The notes below the pieces were generated by a model. That model worked only from the letters and a program-made list of their open reading frames with translations, was not told where the DNA came from and did no database searches. Positions 50,691 through 62,759 of a stretch of 64,000 nucleotides of DNA are shown here, one piece after another. The translations under genes and the position numbers were made by a program. Within the stretch, counting starts at the first letter, position 1. Each line of letters begins with the position of its first letter. Source of the stretch: Negaprion brevirostris (Eukaryota); NCBI GenBank assembly GCA_030324005.1, contig JARDVH010000025.1, positions 73,962,150 to 74,026,149 of the forward strand, given 5' to 3'.

Positions 50691-52204
50691 AAAGCCTTAT
50701 CTGTTTTGTTTGGAACTTGATTTGTGGTGCAGCACCTGTATGGTTTGCAGTGGTTATAGGAAATGTCATATATAGCCTTCTGGTCATTTTAGGTTAATTT
50801 CTGCAGTTTTGTTTCTTGGTTTATTAAAATTTTTAATTTCTATTTACAGTGCTGCCTGTGATCTTCCTGGTGCTAAAAGATTGATGCTGAGCCCAGCTCT
50901 GTTTCGCCCATGGGCTTGACTCGTCATAGCGTTGTTTAGAAAATATTTATTAAAACTGAAGTGCCTCATTTTACACAAGATTTTTTCTGGCAGTATTTTT
51001 CTTTATGTAAATATATACCTGTTGTGCACACTATAAATGTCTTTTGGCCAATGTATTCCTGATCAGAGTCCATTCACCTTCCCGATGTTCAATGGGCCAC
51101 AAATGCAGATGTGTTTTTCTTGATGTCAGATGTTCATCTCCTTCAGCCAAGTAGGTGACTTAACGTGAACACAGACTTCTTCATGGCCAATTGTTTAAAA
51201 ATGTAGTCTCCAGAGAGTCATGAAAGGCCTCCATTATCTTCCTCCTCAAGGTGGAAAACTTCATTGACATGGCACTTTGCATTTGCTTACCTGAGAACTG
51301 AGGTAGACTCTTGGGTTAGCTGGAAGTCAGCAATTATTATCCTTCAAAAATGATATTCCCCTTTATTTTGTAGCACCAGCTTAGAAATTTACAGCTTTTA
51401 AGCTCCTTGCTATCTACCTTCAGCTCAGGTTTCCAGTCACATTTTTCTGATGTTTAGTTTCTGGGTATCCTTATTTTCCAATCTCCAGTTTCCACACTTT
51501 CAATCCTGACCACCTTTTCAGTTTTTGCAATTTTTTTGTGGGTGTCGTCAGTTCTTTCCCACTTTATGTTTTTGATTCTTCTTTTTTCTGTATTGCTGCT
51601 CACATGACACCTATTTGGATGAATGAATAAGAGGTAAAGATTGACCAAAAAAAAGGACACCATGAATATCTATAAATGGGACACTTATTGGCTGGTAGAA
51701 CATTTTGTGAGACATACCATCCCGACTTGGAACTATATTGTTGTTCCTTGACTGTTATGTGGTCAAATTCCTGGAACTCCCTCCCTCACAGCACCACAAG
51801 GCCAACAGCAGTTCAAGAAAGCAGCCACCACCACCTTCTTGAGGCCAATTGGGGATGGGCAGTAAATGCCCACTGCAGCAATGAAATATTCCACAAATGA
51901 ATGGAAAAAAACATGCTTCAATATATACACTTGATGCTCGTGCCAAATAGAATCTCTCAGTTTGCATTAATTCAAAGAGGCATTTCATAAACAATGCTAA
52001 ACGATTCAGGAACATTTGCATGTTTTAGGTATTTGGCCAATTGGTGGAACATGTATTTAGTGTAAAATAAATTATAATATTGGAGCAAGAAACCAAAAGG
52101 ATGCAGCTATTAAATCTGGAGTGCACAAATATGTTGGCCAGCATTCTTCCAAAAAAATTCTAAGTGTTGAATTTGCATTGAAAACTGGACTAAATCCCAC
52201 TTCT

Positions 52205-53200
52205 CTTTTAGGGGGATTTTCAATATGAATCTCCCACACTCTGTGCACTTCAGTGCTAATCATGCTGAAAATCAGGGGGCGAGGCCTATTCCCACGGGAG
52301 AGATTGAGAGCATTGCACTGAGCGGGCTGCTGTGCATGTACCGTTCTGTCAGTGTAGAGAGCGGTGCATATGTAGTAGCTCCGCACTGCTGGCCTCCTGA
52401 TCGTTGGCCAGCACAGCAACCCTCCATCACTGCCTCACTAATCCTCCCCCGTGGCCCGATTGCTGTTCTTCTTGGTGTCTCCAGCACCCACCCCGATGGC
52501 CAGCCCTAATCAGCCCTTCCATCCCACACACACCACGCCCACCACTCATCCCGACTGCAGAGTGGCTGTGGGAGCCCCCTCGTTGTTCTCCTCCACAGGC
52601 CCCACCCCTTGGCACTGTCCAATGCCTGATGGACAGTGCCAACATGCCACCTGGGCATTGCCACTTTGTCTCTTGGGCAGTGCTATAGGCCAGGCTGGCG
52701 CTGCTAAGCTAGCACCTCCCCTTTTCCTCCCAATGCCGTGGGGAGCCTTCACGGTCCCCCTTCACTCCAGCNNNNNNNNNNNNNNNNNNNNNNNNNNNNN
52801 NNNNNNNNNNNNNNNNNNNNNNNNNNNNNNNNNNNNNNNNNNNNNNNNNNNNNNNNNNNNNNNNNNNNNNNAGCAGGGTTGAGCCACCAGCTCTCTGTTA
52901 GTGGAAATCTGTTGTAAACCCCATTGGAGTGAAACACTCCTGGCGAGGTGAATGGCAGAAGTGGCTCACAGGCCTGGAGACTTCAGACTCGGGCCTGCTC
53001 ATGATATGGCAATGCTCATTTAGATATTTTAAACAGCTCTACACCGATTTCCAGCTTGGAACAGGCAGCGCTGGAATTCCAGTGGCCGGAGGTGTTGGAG
53101 GCCATGGTGCCCCATAGGAAGCCTGCTAAACGACCCCTGCTTATGTCTCCTGACCTGCTGCGCTGCTGGAGTGACCAGATTATCAAAAGCTACATAAAAC
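52205..53200. mobile_element. GC-rich non-autonomous DNA-transposon-like element with an N-gap
   Basis: Sharp GC and CpG rise with a gggggattttc start; overlapping spurious ORFs on both strands; similar style to the other TIR elements. Confidence 0.45.
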
Positions 53201-53987
53201 CCTAGACTATTGGGGTGAATTAATTCTTTTACTCCTTCACACTATCACTGCTTTGGCTGGCAAACTGGAAGTAATTGTCCCAGCAACGTACCATACTTGC
53301 ATAAAATTAGAAGATACCCAAGTAATTACAATTTTGTGGCTTGTTTAATTTAAAAGCATGCCATAATAAAAGAATTGGTTACGAGCGTTCAGCATTCCAA
53401 AATTAATTCAATGAAGTCTCATCATTGTTTGCAGCAAGTTTGGAAAGTGTACAGTGAATAAGCCGTAAGTGAACAAAAGCCAAGTGGGCACAGCACATAG
53501 CTATTGTTCAAATCAATCAGCAAGTAATGCGAAGGGGCCTGTACATCCAGCTTTGTTGCCATGCCACCCTAGGCAACAGAATGCCACACGCATTGATGAA
53601 GGAAATGTGCATAACCGTTAGGTGGTTGAACCATACACAGGTTAAGATAAATGTGAGTGACAGCCACTTTGATTTATGTAGTAGTGCAGTTAGCTTTTGC
53701 AAAATTACTTGTCCAGCTATTCAAAACCCAGTGTGAAGCTGAGAGCTTGCAAACCACCACAAACTCAACCCTTTGTGAAGTCCCAGAGATGAGGAACTTG
53801 GTCTCCAGATTTAAGTGGGTCCATCTATTAATCCCTAATCATTGTATTTAATGGCAGTAGAAAATAACTAGCGGAATTAATTGGTTATTTAGTAAAGAAA
53901 TAAACTGCAAATGAAGAGGTTGCTGTTTAAGATACAAGACATTGGAAATATGAAATATTGAGTGCATCTGACAGGATCTATGGAGAG

Positions 53988-54233
53988 GAATCATAGAATC
54001 CCTACAGTGCAGAAGGCGGCCATTTGGCTCATCGAGTCTGCACCGACCACAGTCTCACCCAAGCCCTATCCCTGTAACCCCGCATATTTACCCTGCCAGT
54101 CTCCTGACACCAAGGGTAATGTAGCATAGCCAATCAACCTAACCTGCATATCTTTGGAGCGTGGGAGGAAACTGGAACACCCAGAGGAAACCCGTGCAGA
54201 CACAAGGAGAACATGCAAACTCCACACAGACAG
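53988..54233 (-). mobile_element. HE1 V-SINE (head missing) inserted into a Penelope-like remnant
   Basis: gaatcatagaatccctacagtgcagaaggcggccatt...gcaaactccacacagacag; host element continues on both sides (ggatctatggagag | attaacatttcagatcaatgac). Confidence 0.88.
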
Positions 54234-54675
54234 ATAGGTAATTAACATTTCAGATCAATGACTGTTAATCAGAATCAGCCAGTTCTAACAGGACGATGGG
54301 CTGAATTTAATGCTGGCGACAAGGCCTGAAAGCGGTCAGAGAAACCAGGGTTGCATCTTGTCAGCACCTGCAAATTAATTATTAAGGAAGGCAGACTATC
54401 CCTAAGACTTCCCAGTCAATCAGAGGATCAGCAGCCTCAACAATGCCAGAACACCAATTGAAGGATGTGGGTCTCTCGCAACCGGGCAAGTGGGAGGTTG
54501 TAGTGCTGCGGCAGTCAAGCAGGCCCCACAAGGGTTCTTGTTGACGAGAGCAGGCAATACCATTGCTGCGAGGGCAGCCATTATTGCTGGGAAAGGCCAA
54601 AGGATACTTGGAAAGGATGTGCCCGGCCCCTGCACTCCTACCCTAGAACCTGCTAGAAGGCTACCAGGATTAGGT

Positions 54676-55256
54676 TTTTGACAGGCGAGGGGATTAAGGG
54701 TTATGGNNNNNNNNNNNNNNNNNNNNNNNNNNNNNNNNNNNNNNNNNNNNNNNNNNNNNNNNNNNNNNNNNNNNNNNNNNNNNNNNNNNNNNNNNNNNNN
54801 NNNNNNNNNNNNNNNNNNNNNNNNNNNNNNNNNNNNNNNNNNNNNNNNNNNNNNNNNNNNNNNNNNNNNNNNNNNNNNNNNNNNNNNNNNNNNNNNNNNN
54901 NNNNNNNNNNNNNNNNNNNNNNNNNNNNNNNNNNNNNNNNNNNNNNNNNNNNNNNNNNNNNNNNNNNNNNNNNNNNNNNNNNNNNNNNNNNNNNNNNNNN
55001 NNNNNNNNNNNNNNNNNNNNNNNNNNNNNNNNNNNNNNNNNNNNNNNNNNNNNNNNNNNNNNNNNNNNNNNNNNNNNNNNNNNNNNNNNNNNNNNNNNNN
55101 NNNNNNNNNNNTTTTTGATAGACAGGGGAATTAAGGAGAGAGCGGGAAAGTGGAACTGAGCCACTTCAGATCTGCCATGATCTTATTGAATGGCGGGGCA
55201 GGCTCGAAGGGCTTGATGGCCTACTCCTGCTCCCATTTCTTATGTTCTTATGTTCA
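54676..55256 (+). mobile_element. CR1/HER1 LINE 3' end(s), mostly in an N-gap
   Basis: ggggattaagggttatgg; gatctgccatgatcttattgaatggcggggcaggctcgaagggc...ggcctactcctgctcc...ttcttatgttcttatgttc tandem tail. Confidence 0.85.
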
Positions 55257-56980
55257 TTGTGGATCTCCCTTTATAGATGTCCCACTTCCTCACAGTCTTG
55301 TGATTCTTGGTACTTAGGCTGAAAGCAAATTGAAATTCTATCTGACATCTTATGAGTTTGAATAAAACACTGATTTCTTAAACTAGCAGAAATAATACTA
55401 TACTGTGGAGTGTCTCATATGGAGAAATTATGCATCATATGATAACTATGGGTTTTGTCAGAGTAATTTAGGTTCTATATTTAATTGAACTTTTTGTGTG
55501 TATCATAAGTCTAAGCTAGACTAAATTCATTCTGAATGTCTACGAAATGGAGAGAAAAACAAACTAAGATATACAGGTGAATGTTTTCAAATTTCCCAAC
55601 ATTGAGCAGTTCTGTTGTATAAAATTGCAGGAAATACTGTTTAATTCTTTACTTCAGTCCAACGTGCTTATTCTTACAAGAACATTTGGAACTTATATGG
55701 ACAGAGCAGCTTACTTGTAGCTGTTGAAGCAGGCATATGATTTTCATGATTGCGAATGCTCTGTTTGCGACCTTGCCTCCAAATGTTGCAGTTAGAAAGA
55801 GGGTAGCTGGTAGCTGTATGAGCTCTGAGGGGTGGACAATCAATGATGGCCTTGCCCACATCCCATGATAGAATTTTAAAAAACCTATTGGTCCTGAACC
55901 AATCTCGAAAGTCCTACATCACTTGCCTCTGCACAAGTCTCTTGATGTGCTAATTGAACTGACAGATGGTCAATATCCCTGTCCTGTNNNNNNNNNNCAT
56001 CTATTTCCTCTGTCCCACCCCTCTACGTACATTCATTGAAGTGATGTTCAATCAACAACTGATAAAACCCATTGCACGCATTGTTTATAGGTTTGAGAGG
56101 TGGTCACCCTACCTAAGCTTAATTCAACTGTAGCAGCAAGACGTAAGTGCTCTGACGACAACACCCTCCATTGTGAAGGAACATTAGTCTCGTGAGAACA
56201 AAGAAAGGAAGTATAAATGGAACAAATATTTCACTATTAAATGGAAGCCAAGAAAAGGCACAATTTATATTTCAGTTCACACCAGAGACTTCTCAGTTGA
56301 TTGCTTTCCATCTAGTATCAGTTTGCGTTTTACCCCAACTTGTCAATTTTTCTCCAAATTCAGCAAACAGGTAGTGTAGTACTGTGCTGATTAATCTTAG
56401 TCTCTGACCCTGTGCTGATTGTTTTAAGTGTTTCAGTGTCTTAAATAATATAACCTAACACAAAGTAAGAACTTAATCTTTCATGATCTGATATCTTAAA
56501 AATTTCAATCAACAACTATTTCTTTGAATTAATTATTCTGTCTTCACATATACTATTTTCTAGAAGAATATTTGTTTGTGCCTGTCAATATATGGGGAGA
56601 TGGTGGTAGAAATTCGGATCTCGAAAATCGCTGTGGTTTTGTCATACTCCCAACCATCTGTTAGGCTCGAGTTTGCATCAGGCCCCAAATACCCCAGCTC
56701 GTGGCCTGATGTCAGGGATTATGCAAGGTGTGGTGGAGGCAGATCTTATGGCAGCTTGTTTCAGGATTATCTGTGCTGGAGGTTGTACGTTGGAGGACAG
56801 GGACTCCCTAGACTGGAGTTCCCACAACCCAAGCCCTCAATTGACCCAGCGTTTGGTGTGGCGACATGCCTGGTGAGACCAGGTGGACACACCAACCAAT
56901 TTGGATCACAATGCTAAAACCTCAACCTGGATCCATTTTTTTTAATGCGTTAGAATATTTTCTGTTCAGCCCCCCGATTT

Positions 56981-57261
56981 GTTTAAGTTTATTTATTAGT
57001 GTCACAAGTAGGCTTACATTAACACTACAGTGAAGTTTCTGTGAAAATCCCCTAGTCGCCATACTCCCACACTTGTTTGGGTACACTGAGGGAGAATTTA
57101 GCAAGGCCAGTGTACCTAACCAGCATGCCTTTCAGACTGTGGAAGGAAATTGGAGCACCCAGAGGACGCCCGTGCAGACTCCGCACTGATAGTAACCCAA
57201 GCTGGGAATCGAACCCAGGATCATGGCACTGTGAGGCAGCAGTGCCAACCACTATGCCGCC
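56981..57261 (-). mobile_element. V-SINE variant: HE1-like head and body with a different, non-HER1 3' tail
   Basis: Head ggaatcgaacccagga...gtgaggcagcagtgccaaccactatgcc; tail (reverse complement) ttcactgtagtgttaatgtaagcctacttgtgacactaataaataaac. Confidence 0.85.
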
Positions 57262-57916
57262 ACTATGAATTGGTCAGTTGTTACAAACTGACAATTCTCC
57301 GCATCCTATTTTCCCTGGAAAGTCACTTTCATAGCAATGTATCTTTTGGGCAGACATGCCGTTAGTGGAATAGATGCCCACCATTGGCACACAAGTGAAA
57401 AAATCTCCCTTAACCCCATAAACTTTAGTGAGGGTGGTGGTGGAAGTAACAGCCAGTGCGCCTTGACAATTGACTCTCCTGTTAGTGTTCCAGTGTTCCC
57501 TGTGGATTTTTGGGAAATTGTGTGGCCCTATGATCCATTTTAGAAACAATTAAAATGTCCAGCCCTTTGTAGCATTTTTCAATGTTCCCATAGCATGACT
57601 CCTGACTGGGTAATAAGCTATCAGTTGTAAAAATGAATGTGGGTATCATTTGTTTCGTATTGTTTTGTTGTTTTGCTATTGTTTAACAACAGTGGTTAGA
57701 ATTGTATTTGTGTTAAACTTGTGCACGTGTTAGCTTTTGGTGGGGGGAAGGGGATAAAGATGGGGCAGATTTGATAAACTAAATAGAGAAGACTCAGCAA
57801 GGGAACAAAATAAGAGNNNNNNNNNNNNNNNNNNNNNNNNNNNNNNNNNNNNNNNNNNNNNNNNNNNNNNNNNNNNNNNNNNNNNNNNNNNNNNNNNNNN
57901 NNNNNNNNNNNNNNNN

Positions 57917-58032
57917 CCCAAACAAGAGCCGGAATCTGACGTCTAGGGATTTTCCCAGAAGCTTCTTTGCAATGTTAATGTAAGCCTACTTGTGACTCTA
58001 ATAGATAAACGTTAATAAACTATATTAAACTT
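57917..58032 (+). mobile_element. 3' tail of a second copy of the V-SINE variant
   Basis: ctagggattttcccagaagcttctttgcaatgttaatgtaagcctacttgtgactctaatagataaac; reverse complement of 56985-57075. Confidence 0.8.
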
Positions 58033-59412
58033 TGTCTCATGGGCATTGAAAGTCAAGTGTGCTTTATCTTTTGAAAAAAAATATGATAAGACAAAATTCT
58101 GGCTCGTAAGCATTTCCTTCAAGGTAAAAGTTTCAATTCTGATTGCTACAACCAATATTGGAAGATGGGTAAAGCAGTTAGCGCTCCTCTCTCCTAGAGT
58201 TTCATTTTGCTGACATTGAAGGAGGATAAAGATGTTTCTGGACTGGCGGTTGTCTGCATCTTTGTAAAAGTAAAGAAAAGCCAGGCAGTGTCAGCTTGGT
58301 CAATGCAGTGTCCTCAACTCATCTTTGAGTGTGTATAAGGTCAGAGAAGAATTAATTTGATCTGGTTGTACTCCCATACTCAATGAACAGCATCATTCAA
58401 GTAAATGGGAATAAATTAAATCATAACNNNNNNNNNNTCGACTGAAAAGTGATGAATTCTTCTTTAAGAAAGGCTGTTATGTGAAAGAAATATGAAATAG
58501 CTCCTGGAGTCTTGGACATTATCAATGTGCCTTAAACTGAGTTTTGAGGATTCTAAATACTAGGATACACTTCTGATCCTGTGATTTAAGTATGCAATTT
58601 GTAAGGAAAGCAAATCTGAAGTCCCGAATAAGTATAGCTGACTAAGACGACTTATTTATATGTCAGAACAAAAAATTTATCCATTATATTCCAAGCTTCT
58701 TCAAAAACTCATATTCTTTCTCAATAAGCAGACAAAATTTTTTTTAATCAATTGTGTCTTCCAGGCTTTTGGCGAAAGGAATTATATTGATTTTCTGACA
58801 CTTTGGCAGATATTACAGAATAACATTTCCTTTATTCAATAAATCACCTGCTTTAAACACTCCTTTCTTATGAAGCAAATTAAATAATGGAAGAATAAAG
58901 AAATGTTAGCAAATGAGTGCTAACGAATCGGTGCCCACACTTGTTTGCCGAAGAGACCTGTTGATGATGACCAAGTGTGACATCTCCCCTTCACCTGTAG
59001 GTCAGTGGAGTGTCAGCCTCTAGATGGAGCTATTGTTCCAACAGGAGGATAAAGCATCATCTTTAGGAATTCAGTGTTGATTGCTGTACAGTGCAGAAAA
59101 CAGCAAAGACTTCACCATAGCTGTTACATTTTTGTCACCTGAACAGAGATTATTCATTATACCTACAATATGCCCAATATCAAAGTCAAAGGTATTTATA
59201 TAATTTTTAACAATATTTTGTTATTTTACTATCACATTTGACTACAAAATAGGCTGTCATATTGGCCAACACAGTAACTGTACTTGAAGATTAATTAATT
59301 TATTATGAAGGCTTTGGAATATCTTGATAAGAATATCCTGTGAAATGTGCAAAATAAATGATTAATAGCCTATCTCAATACTCTGGTTTATTCAGAAGGT
59401 TACTTAAAATAT

Positions 59413-59755
59413 GGAGGGTGACACAATGGTTAGCACTGCTGCCTCATAGCACCAGGGACCCAGGTTCGAATCTAGCCTTGGGTGACTGTCTGTATGGAGT
59501 TTGCACATTCTCCCCACGTTTGCTTGGTTTGCTCCAGGCGATTCATTTCCTCCCACAGTCCAAAGATGGAACAGGCCATGCTAAATTGCCCCTTAGTGTC
59601 CAAAGATGTGTAGATTAATTGGATTAGCCATTGTAAATGTGCAGGATTATGGGGATAGGGTGGAGGAGAGGACTGAAGTACAATTGTCTGCCAGAGAGTT
59701 GGTGCAGACTCAGTGGGTCGAATGGCCGCCTCCTGCACTGTAGGGATTCTATGAT
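59413..59755 (+). mobile_element. Full-length HE1-type V-SINE
   Basis: A box tgacacaatggttagc, B box ggttcgaatc, V domain ggagtttgcacattctcccc, tail gtcgaatggccgcctcctgcactgtagggattctatgat. Confidence 0.92.
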
Positions 59756-61483
59756 CGACAGTGTATATTGCGATAACTTTCCACACTGTTGTGTTTAATA
59801 ACAGTTATGGGTCACAGCGATATTTAATTAGTGCTCAAATGTGAAACTCTTTTTAAAAATGCTGCTTAAAATTAAGTGCATAATTGAACTCTTTTCAACC
59901 ATCTTTTGAAAGCCAACTTGGAAATCCTTGAAAATAATTTTATCAGGGTAAGTACTTTGCTGTGTGAATTTTCCTTTAAATTAGCTGTAACTTGTGGGTG
60001 AGGAATAAGTTGACCATAAGTGCGTATGGTTACCTATATGCCAGAGGGAAGAAAATATGTGGACTTGATCTGCTTTTCTTCATTAGAAAAAATGCAGCAT
60101 AATGTAGCATTGAAATGTGATTGTTTCAACGGATGGAAACAATGTCATGATTGAAATGTGGTGTGAAAAAATAATCTGTCTTGCACCATGACAAGACGCA
60201 GCCTCAGTCTGCCACCCTCTGAATGATATTGACTGTAGTTTGTTTCCATTGGCCGTGGATTGGTTGCTTCCTGGTGCTTTGCCTGAGGGGTCGTTATTCA
60301 AGGGTTGCGCTTTGACAGTCAGTTGCAGCAGGCTGATGTGTCACCGAGAACATCACGGCCGTGTCCCTTCCACCAGAAATGCTGTCCACATGTGCATTTT
60401 GAGCAGGAATGAGAATTTTTGCCAGCCTAGCTCTTGCCCGCGCCATCATTAGTGTGCATCACCTTAAAATGTGTGGAGTTGGCCCCAAAACAAACTGAGA
60501 ATCCATGTGCATGTCAATCTGAATTGAAGTGATAAATCAAAAACACAAAATGCTGGAAAATTTCAGCAGATCTGACAGCATCTGTGGAAAGAGAATAGGG
60601 ATAAAGTTTTGAGATTGGGTGACACTTGTCAGACCGTGATGAATTATTGACTGTGTCAAAGTCATCAGTGTTCTGGAGATTCGATGTATGTGTTGCTAGT
60701 GCAATGGGATCACTGTGGAACAGAAACGATAGGCTGATTAACCATCCCAGTGGGAAACATGATAACTTAATCATAGGTGAGGCTCCGCAACAGTCTGGCA
60801 GCAGCAAAACCTAATTGATTGGAGGCCGCAAGGTTCTGAGATTCTTGGATGCTGCTGGCACAACTTCAATTTGGCTCATTAATGAGCCATTTGACACCAG
60901 ATATCCCCAAGTCCACTGCAATCTTGTTAGAGCCCTTTAAAGAGGAACGTGTTCTTCCTTAAAGTGGAACATTAGATAGGGGTCATGGGTGGAGGGGTGG
61001 ACTGGTGGTATTGAGATGGCGGCGTGGGCTCGTTGGGCCGAAGGGCCTGTTTCCCGGGCTGATTTTGCTCTTTGTTCTTTGTGTTGTGGATGAAGTGAAG
61101 CCTGCACACACATTGTGGAAGTGATACTGGGATTTAATGGCGTTCATGTGCCTCCTTTCACCCTCAGAAGGTGGCCCAGCAGACCCTGTCAGATTTGCCA
61201 GTGGCCTCCCAGTGGAGAGAGACCCTCATAGCCAGACACTCTGTGCCTAATCAAGGCACACAGCATCAGGCAGGGATACGTCACTGAAAGCCACACCTCT
61301 GCCCTCTCCTCTGACCCCCTTCCACCTGGGTTCCCTCTTCTCCTGCAGCTCTGCACCCTGTAGTTCTTATCACCTCCACACTCACCTTGGGCCTGGAGTC
61401 CACTGATGATTCTGGGTCTCTGGTGGGTGCAATGCCACCAGCAGCTGCTGATCCTACTGGAGTTTGAGGAACTTCCAGTCTCT

Positions 61484-62305
61484 GATTTGATTCAATTTTG
61501 ATTTACTATTGTCACATGTATTAATGTACAGTGAAAAGTATTGTTTCTTGCATGCTATACAGACTAAATATGCCGTTCATGGAGAAGGAAATGAGAGAGT
61601 GCAGAATGTATTGTTATAGTCAAAGCTAGGGTGTAGAAAAAGATCAACTTAATGCAAGGTAAATCCATTCAAATGTCTGACAGCAGCAGAGAAGAAACTA
61701 CTCTTGAGTCAATTGGTATGTGACCTCAGACTTTTGTATCATTTTTCTGACGGAAGAAGGTGGAAGAGAGAATGTCCAGGGTGCGTGGGGTCCTTAATTA
61801 TGCTGGCTGCTTTGCCGAGACAGCGGGAAGTATAGACTGAGTCAATGGATGGGAGACTCATTTGCGTGACGGATTGAGCATCACTCTCAACCTTTTGCGG
61901 TTCCTTACTTGGGCAGAGAAGGAGCCATACTAAGTTGCGATACAACCAGAAAGAATGCTTTCTATGGTGCATCTGTAAAAGTTGGTGAGAGTCGTAGCTG
62001 ACATGCAAAATTTCCTTAGTCTTCTGGGAAGGTAAAGGTGTTGGTGGGCTTTCTTAACTGTAGTGTCGGCATGGGGGGATCAAGACAGGTTGAGAGTGGT
62101 CTGGGCACATAAAAACTTGAACCCTTTCTACTTTGTCCCTATTGATGTAGATAGGGGCATGTTCTCCTTTAAGCTTTCTGAAGTCGATGACAATCTCCTT
62201 CATTTTGTTGACATCGAGGGAAAGATTGTTGTTCCTGCACCAGTTCACTAGATTCTCTGTCTGAATTCTGTACTCTGTCTCGTCACTGTTTGAGATGCAA
62301 CCCAA
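61484..62305 (-). mobile_element. Rex1/Babar LINE 3' fragment
   Basis: ORF 62054..62305 GCISNSDETEYR...NLVNWCRNNNLSLDVNKMKEIVIDFRK...HAPIYIN; ORF 61739..62008 YTSRCLGKAASIIKDPTHPGHSLFHLLPS; 3' UTR ending ttcactgtac...catgtgacaat. Confidence 0.88.
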
Positions 62306-62759
62306 ACTTGAAAATTGAATTGGAGGGGAATTTGCTTTTGGCGGGTAGGATTTCCATCACTTTGGGCCTTAATCGCAGGAAAAGCTTGATGGTGGCCACT
62401 TAAGATCCTGAAGGGCACCAGATTCTGGCAGATCTCCCCCATGGAACTGATGGGGGCTCCACGCCAGGTTGCCAGCCAGTCGGTGAAACCCACTTCTGTC
62501 TGACAAAATTCTAGCCAGTGCTACTCGAATAGTTTATGAAACCACTCTGTTTTATTTTCTTGCTGCCTGATGTGACATTTTTCTTTCAGCTTCAAGTCTT
62601 GGCATGGCAAGATAANNNNNNNNNNNNNNNNNNNNNNNNNNNNNNNNNNNNNNNNNNNNNNNNNNNNNNNNNNNNNNNNNNNNNNNNNNNNNNNNNNNNN
62701 NNNNNNNNNNNNNNNTCAAGTCTTGGCATGGCAAGATAATAAGCAAATGCGATGAAATG

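Noticed and set aside
59413-59480. tRNA-like A and B box sequence
   Set aside because: It is the tRNA-derived head of an HE1 SINE; no complete cloverleaf.
62592-62740. Direct repeat tcaagtcttggcatggcaagataa flanking a 100-N gap (similar case at 38268-38413)
   Set aside because: Same gap-overlap pattern; cannot be called a real tandem repeat without reads.
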